A stretch of DNA of 64,000 bases. Source: Candidatus Omnitrophota bacterium. GTDB lineage: Bacteria; Omnitrophota; Gorgyraeia; 2-01-FULL-45-10. Positions 60,954 through 64,000 of this stretch are shown here, in pieces. The notes under the pieces were generated by a model. It saw only the letters and a program-made list of their open reading frames with translations. It did not search any database and was not told the DNA's origin. Numbering within the stretch: the stretch's first letter is position 1; each line of letters starts with the position of its first letter. The stretch spans positions 6,456 to 70,455 of the forward strand of contig CAIMPC010000057.1 of the NCBI GenBank assembly GCA_903843285.1. Direction: 5' to 3'. The position numbers were made by a program, and so were the translations under genes.

Positions 60954-61705
60954 TTATCTATAAATCTTGACTGGGGTAAGGGATATGTCGTCGGAGCTCA
61001 CCTTATCTCCCGCGGCGGCCTTTATTGTTACGCTGGAGGGTAAATAAAAACCTTTGGATTCAATATACTGTATCTCCATTTCGGTCTTTATCTCCTGCGC
61101 CACTATAATGCTTCTTTTCACCAGTCGTAATATATATTTGTTCTCGTATACTTCGAATAGCAACCGCGTGATTTCGTACAATTTTCCGTGCCTGAAAACT
61201 TCTTTCCTGTAAAGCCTTAAGTCTTTACCAAAATAGAGGATCTCTTTGCTATCCGCAGATTTATTTAACATCTCTATGGTGATGACCTTATCACTTCTTT
61301 TAATAGATATTTTAACGCCCCTTACTCGCTTTATGAGGATATCCGTAGCGGGGGCCATCATATCTAAGATATCTTTTATCTCGGCCTTCATTGCGGAGGC
61401 GGCCTTATCGAGGGATGCGTTCGAACCATATTTTTCCGATCCGACGGCCCTGGTTCTGGAGATAGCGGCGGGCTTGCCGGGCTTCCACCGGAGGATGAAT
61501 TCGACGTTACGGGCCTTCTCGCTTCTGCACTGAAAATCTATCTGCTTAATCTTGTGCTCGGCTAAATTATAATATTTACTGTTTATCTGCTCTATCAGTT
61601 CTCTCTCTTCTTTTGTCTGGCCATCATTAATAAGGCCGCACGAGACGAGCGACAGGCATACCCCAACCATCAAAAGAGACGCCAACACTGTCTTAAGCTT
61701 GCACA
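60954..61705 (-). CDS. Predicted lipoprotein (about 250 aa).
   Basis: Start at the ATG at 61705 (GGGAGG Shine-Dalgarno) gives MCKLKTVLASLLMVGVCLSLVSCG (lipobox LVSC). The longer ORF to 61808 merely reads through the upstream repeat element. Confidence 0.55.
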
Positions 61706-61730
61706 TGGATATAACCTCCCAGTCTAACTT

Positions 61731-61838
61731 TACGTCATTCTGACCCTGAGCGGAGCGCACTCCGTCATTCTGAGGGAGGCCATCGGCCGACCGAAGAATC
61801 TCGCTCATTAGATCCCTCGGCTACGCCTCAGGATGACG
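61731..61838. repeat. Hairpin repeat element copy 8 (two GTCATTCTGA arms plus a CTCAGGATGAC arm).
   Basis: CGTCATTCTGACCCTGAGCGGAGCGCACTCCGTCATTCTGAGGGAGGCCATCGGCCGACCGAAGAATCTCG...CCCTCGGCTACGCCTCAGGATGACG. Confidence 0.55.
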
Positions 61839-61861
61839 TAATTCATGTTTCCCAACATTCC

Positions 61862-62395
61862 CTATAAGAGAATCCTCGTTACAACTATCGACGCCTTAAC
61901 ACCTTTACTATCTTTTTCCTGCGAGCCGAATCGCACCCGCGTTGTCCTGAGTAATAACGGTGATGTATTTATCTGATACAGAAAATTCGCTATAGACTCC
62001 GGATCGCCCTGTATCTCCAGGTCCATCGTGTACTCGGTATAAAAATCGACCTGCTGAGGCGAGCGCGTCTTCACATCTATCATGGAGACATGCGCCTTGC
62101 GCGCTAAACCTTCGATCTCGTCTAGGGTCTTCGAGACCTCTTCCTCGTCCGATTCGGTCTTCCTTATATTTTTTTCATATTTCTGGTATTCCGCCAATAC
62201 TGCGTCCTTTTGATTCAGGTTACGCAGGCCGAGAACAAGCCTCTTTTCATCCGTCTTAATATCGTGATTCAGTTTACGGAAACTGGACGCTATCGGAGAA
62301 ATAATCAGCCTGTCGAAAGCGGCTATCGAAATGATGAGGACCGCGATATATAAACCCTTCTTCTCTTTAACCGACAGCTTTGAAAAAAACTCCAT
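61862..62395 (-). CDS. pilO: Type IV pilus / T2SS inner-membrane assembly protein, PilO/GspM-like.
   Basis: N-terminal TM (LYIAVLIISIAAF) followed by a coiled coil and a periplasmic domain. Immediately downstream of the pilM-pilN fusion gene. Confidence 0.55.
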   Translation of the reverse strand: MEFFSKLSVKEKKGLYIAVLIISIAAFDRLIISPIASSFRKLNHDIKTDEKRLVLGLRNLNQKDAVLAEYQKYEKNIRKTESDEEEVSKTLDEIEGLARKAHVSMIDVKTRSPQQVDFYTEYTMDLEIQGDPESIANFLYQINTSPLLLRTTRVRFGSQEKDSKGVKASIVVTRILL

Positions 62396-62401
62396 CTATT
62401 T

Positions 62402-63904
62402 TTACCCCTTCTGAAAAGAACAGACTATCTCAAACTCCGCGTATTCCGTCTCATCCTCTTTCTTTGTGGTGGTATAGGTCGTCTTTACATTCTCGAACAA
62501 AACCGAATTTTCCAGCGTCGTCACATACTTAAAGACGTCGGACATCTTTCCCCCGCGGCCACGCAGGACAAGCCTGCGGCCCTCGTCTATATCTACGTTG
62601 GTGAAATATATCTCCCTGGGCGTTATCCTATATAGCTCGGCGAGTACGGTTATGCACGAATCCTTAGTGTCCATGCGGCTTCTGATCAGATCGACAGCTG
62701 AGCGCATCTTCTCAACCTTTATCGAGTCGCTCTCTACCCTGGCGATAGCTGACTTAAGGCTTGCCCTGTACGTGTTCTTCACCTGTATTCTGACAAGCAC
62801 TAATAATGATGCCATCGTAATGATGGCCGCGATAAGCACGCCGGTAACCATCAGCTCCTGCCTCTTAGCGTCGACGATCTTTTTGATGCGCAGTTCGAGC
62901 GGCGTCAGGTCTATGCTCGGATCTTTTCCGGAGAGCGCCATTCCCACCAGCGGCGTAATGGATACATGGTTAGAACTCTGACTGTCGATTACGCTGCGGT
63001 CGCACTTGCCCTCTACCCCTTTCGTGGGATCGGTATACTCCACCGGAATTCCCAGCTTGGCCGATAGGGCGGAGTCGAGGTCCTTTATATTCCGCGCCGC
63101 TCCGCTCAGGAACATCTTTTTTATTTTAACGCCCCGCTCATCGCTCTGGTAGCGTTCCAGGGAACGCGTAAGCTCCTCTATAAATTTGTCCCGCCATCCT
63201 CCCGGCGGCGGATCATCCATAAGATGATTTGCGCCGATAAATATGCTCTTCGTGAACGCAAGGCAGTCCTTTGAGACAGCTATCAGGTCGGAGTAATTAG
63301 AGTCTATATCCAGATCCAGGAGAAGCTCTTCCTCCATCTTCGCCAGATCCAGCTGACTTGCATAGGCGTTATTGAACCAGTTATAAACGCCCTCCGAGCT
63401 TACGGCGACCGTCTTAATCGCTATGCCGGCCTTACGCAGTGTATCGACGCGCTCCGTTACGAGGCTGCGCTGAACTATTACCAGCAGGACTTTCGCATAC
63501 CCTTCCCGAGACGATGGGTTTATCTTATATCCGGATATTATCTCTTCCTTAGAGTATGGCGTCTGTTTTCCGATCTGAAGATTTATCATGTCGTCTATCT
63601 CTTTTGGATCGGTCGAAGGAAGTTCGAGGTTTCTGGCAGTGACAAGATGCCTGGGGATATACATTATGACGGGCTCTTTGCCGATATGCAGATCTTTAAA
63701 TATATGCTCCAGCACTATTGAAACGTTATCTTTTATATCCGCGAGCTTTGTAAGGCTTATCTTTTTGATCGCTTTGGCGGACTGGGAATGGTCCTTCTGG
63801 GCCACCTTCAGCCAATCATTGCCTATCTCCACAATGACCATAGATCTTTTGGCATCCGGTTTTTTAGGAAGCATTGCTTTTATTTTATCGAATAGTTTGA
63901 ACAC
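62402..63904 (-). CDS. pilM: Type IV pilus assembly PilM (actin-like ATPase fold) fused to PilN (TM + periplasmic domain).
   Basis: N-terminal MVIVEIGNDWLKVAQ actin-like fold. Central TM LMVTGVLIAAIITMASLLVLV. PilN-like C-terminus. Confidence 0.65.
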   Translation of the reverse strand: MFKLFDKIKAMLPKKPDAKRSMVIVEIGNDWLKVAQKDHSQSAKAIKKISLTKLADIKDNVSIVLEHIFKDLHIGKEPVIMYIPRHLVTARNLELPSTDPKEIDDMINLQIGKQTPYSKEEIISGYKINPSSREGYAKVLLVIVQRSLVTERVDTLRKAGIAIKTVAVSSEGVYNWFNNAYASQLDLAKMEEELLLDLDIDSNYSDLIAVSKDCLAFTKSIFIGANHLMDDPPPGGWRDKFIEELTRSLERYQSDERGVKIKKMFLSGAARNIKDLDSALSAKLGIPVEYTDPTKGVEGKCDRSVIDSQSSNHVSITPLVGMALSGKDPSIDLTPLELRIKKIVDAKRQELMVTGVLIAAIITMASLLVLVRIQVKNTYRASLKSAIARVESDSIKVEKMRSAVDLIRSRMDTKDSCITVLAELYRITPREIYFTNVDIDEGRRLVLRGRGGKMSDVFKYVTTLENSVLFENVKTTYTTTKKEDETEYAEFEIVCSFQKG

Positions 63905-63920
63905 TCAAACCTCTTTCACT

Positions 63921-64000
63921 GTCATTCTGAGGTAGGCCATCGGCCGACTCTGTCATTCTGAGCGAAGCGAAGAATCCAGATCCTTCGTCGCTTCGCTCCT
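63921..64000. repeat. Hairpin repeat element copy 9 (runs to the window edge).
   Basis: GTCATTCTGAGGTAGGCCATCGGCCGACTCTGTCATTCTGAGCGAAGCGAAGAATCCAGATCCTTCGTCGCTTCGCT. Confidence 0.5.

Noticed and set aside
516-64000. Dispersed repeats as a CRISPR array or as a DGR template/variable repeat pair.
   Set aside because: Spacing is irregular (hundreds to thousands of nt). Copies have terminal inverted repeats and internal hairpins rather than direct repeat-spacer periodicity. No cas genes or reverse transcriptase in the window.
1-64000. tRNA, rRNA or other structured ncRNA genes.
   Set aside because: No T-loop/anticodon-arm signatures (GTTCRANYC) or rRNA-like segments seen. Intergenic space is almost entirely accounted for by hairpin elements and short spacers.

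Overview
The 64 kb window is coded entirely on the minus strand. I found no rRNA, tRNA or CRISPR, and gene spacing is tight and operon-like. Nucleotides 633-30692 form a single uninterrupted 30 kb reading frame (10,019 aa). Its predicted product is a mosaic: an N-terminal membrane anchor with a Tiki/TraB-like domain, then an in-frame copy of a dispersed hairpin repeat followed directly by a Met plus lipobox. After that come an HExxH metalloprotease motif, a SecA-like ATPase motor, two multi-TM blocks, two internal tandem-repeat arrays, long coiled coils, and a RelA/SpoT-type HD+synthetase (RSH) domain near the C-terminus. Downstream lie der (EngA), a GT-C/TPR membrane protein, rubrerythrin, rpoN (sigma-54) and an NtrC-type sigma-54 activator. 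Next are a PAS histidine kinase, a three-gene Tiki/TraB-like cassette with a CheY-like receiver, and a second HAMP/PAS histidine kinase. The window then contains a 21-gene gas-vesicle cluster (gvpA, two GvpC-like repeat proteins, gvpN, gvpG, gvpK, gvpJ-like genes and five GvpF/L paralogs). One GvpF/L paralog is fused to a J domain. Embedded in the cluster are a CDC48-like double AAA+ ATPase, an ArsA/Get3-like ATPase, an Hsp20 and a DnaJ-type zinc-finger protein. A textbook sigma-54 -24/-12 promoter (TGGCAC-N5-TTGCT) sits about 330 nt upstream of gvpA. The window ends with a small TIGR04073-like secreted protein, a lipoprotein, and pilO plus a pilM-pilN fusion. A family of about 90-175 nt hairpin elements with about 35-nt terminal inverted repeats occurs at least 9 times, mostly in same-strand intergenic spacers, but twice inside the giant reading frame without breaking it. 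The giant-gene architecture, gas vesicles and sigma-54 are consistent with an Omnitrophota-like or similar uncultivated lineage, but this is an inference from content alone.
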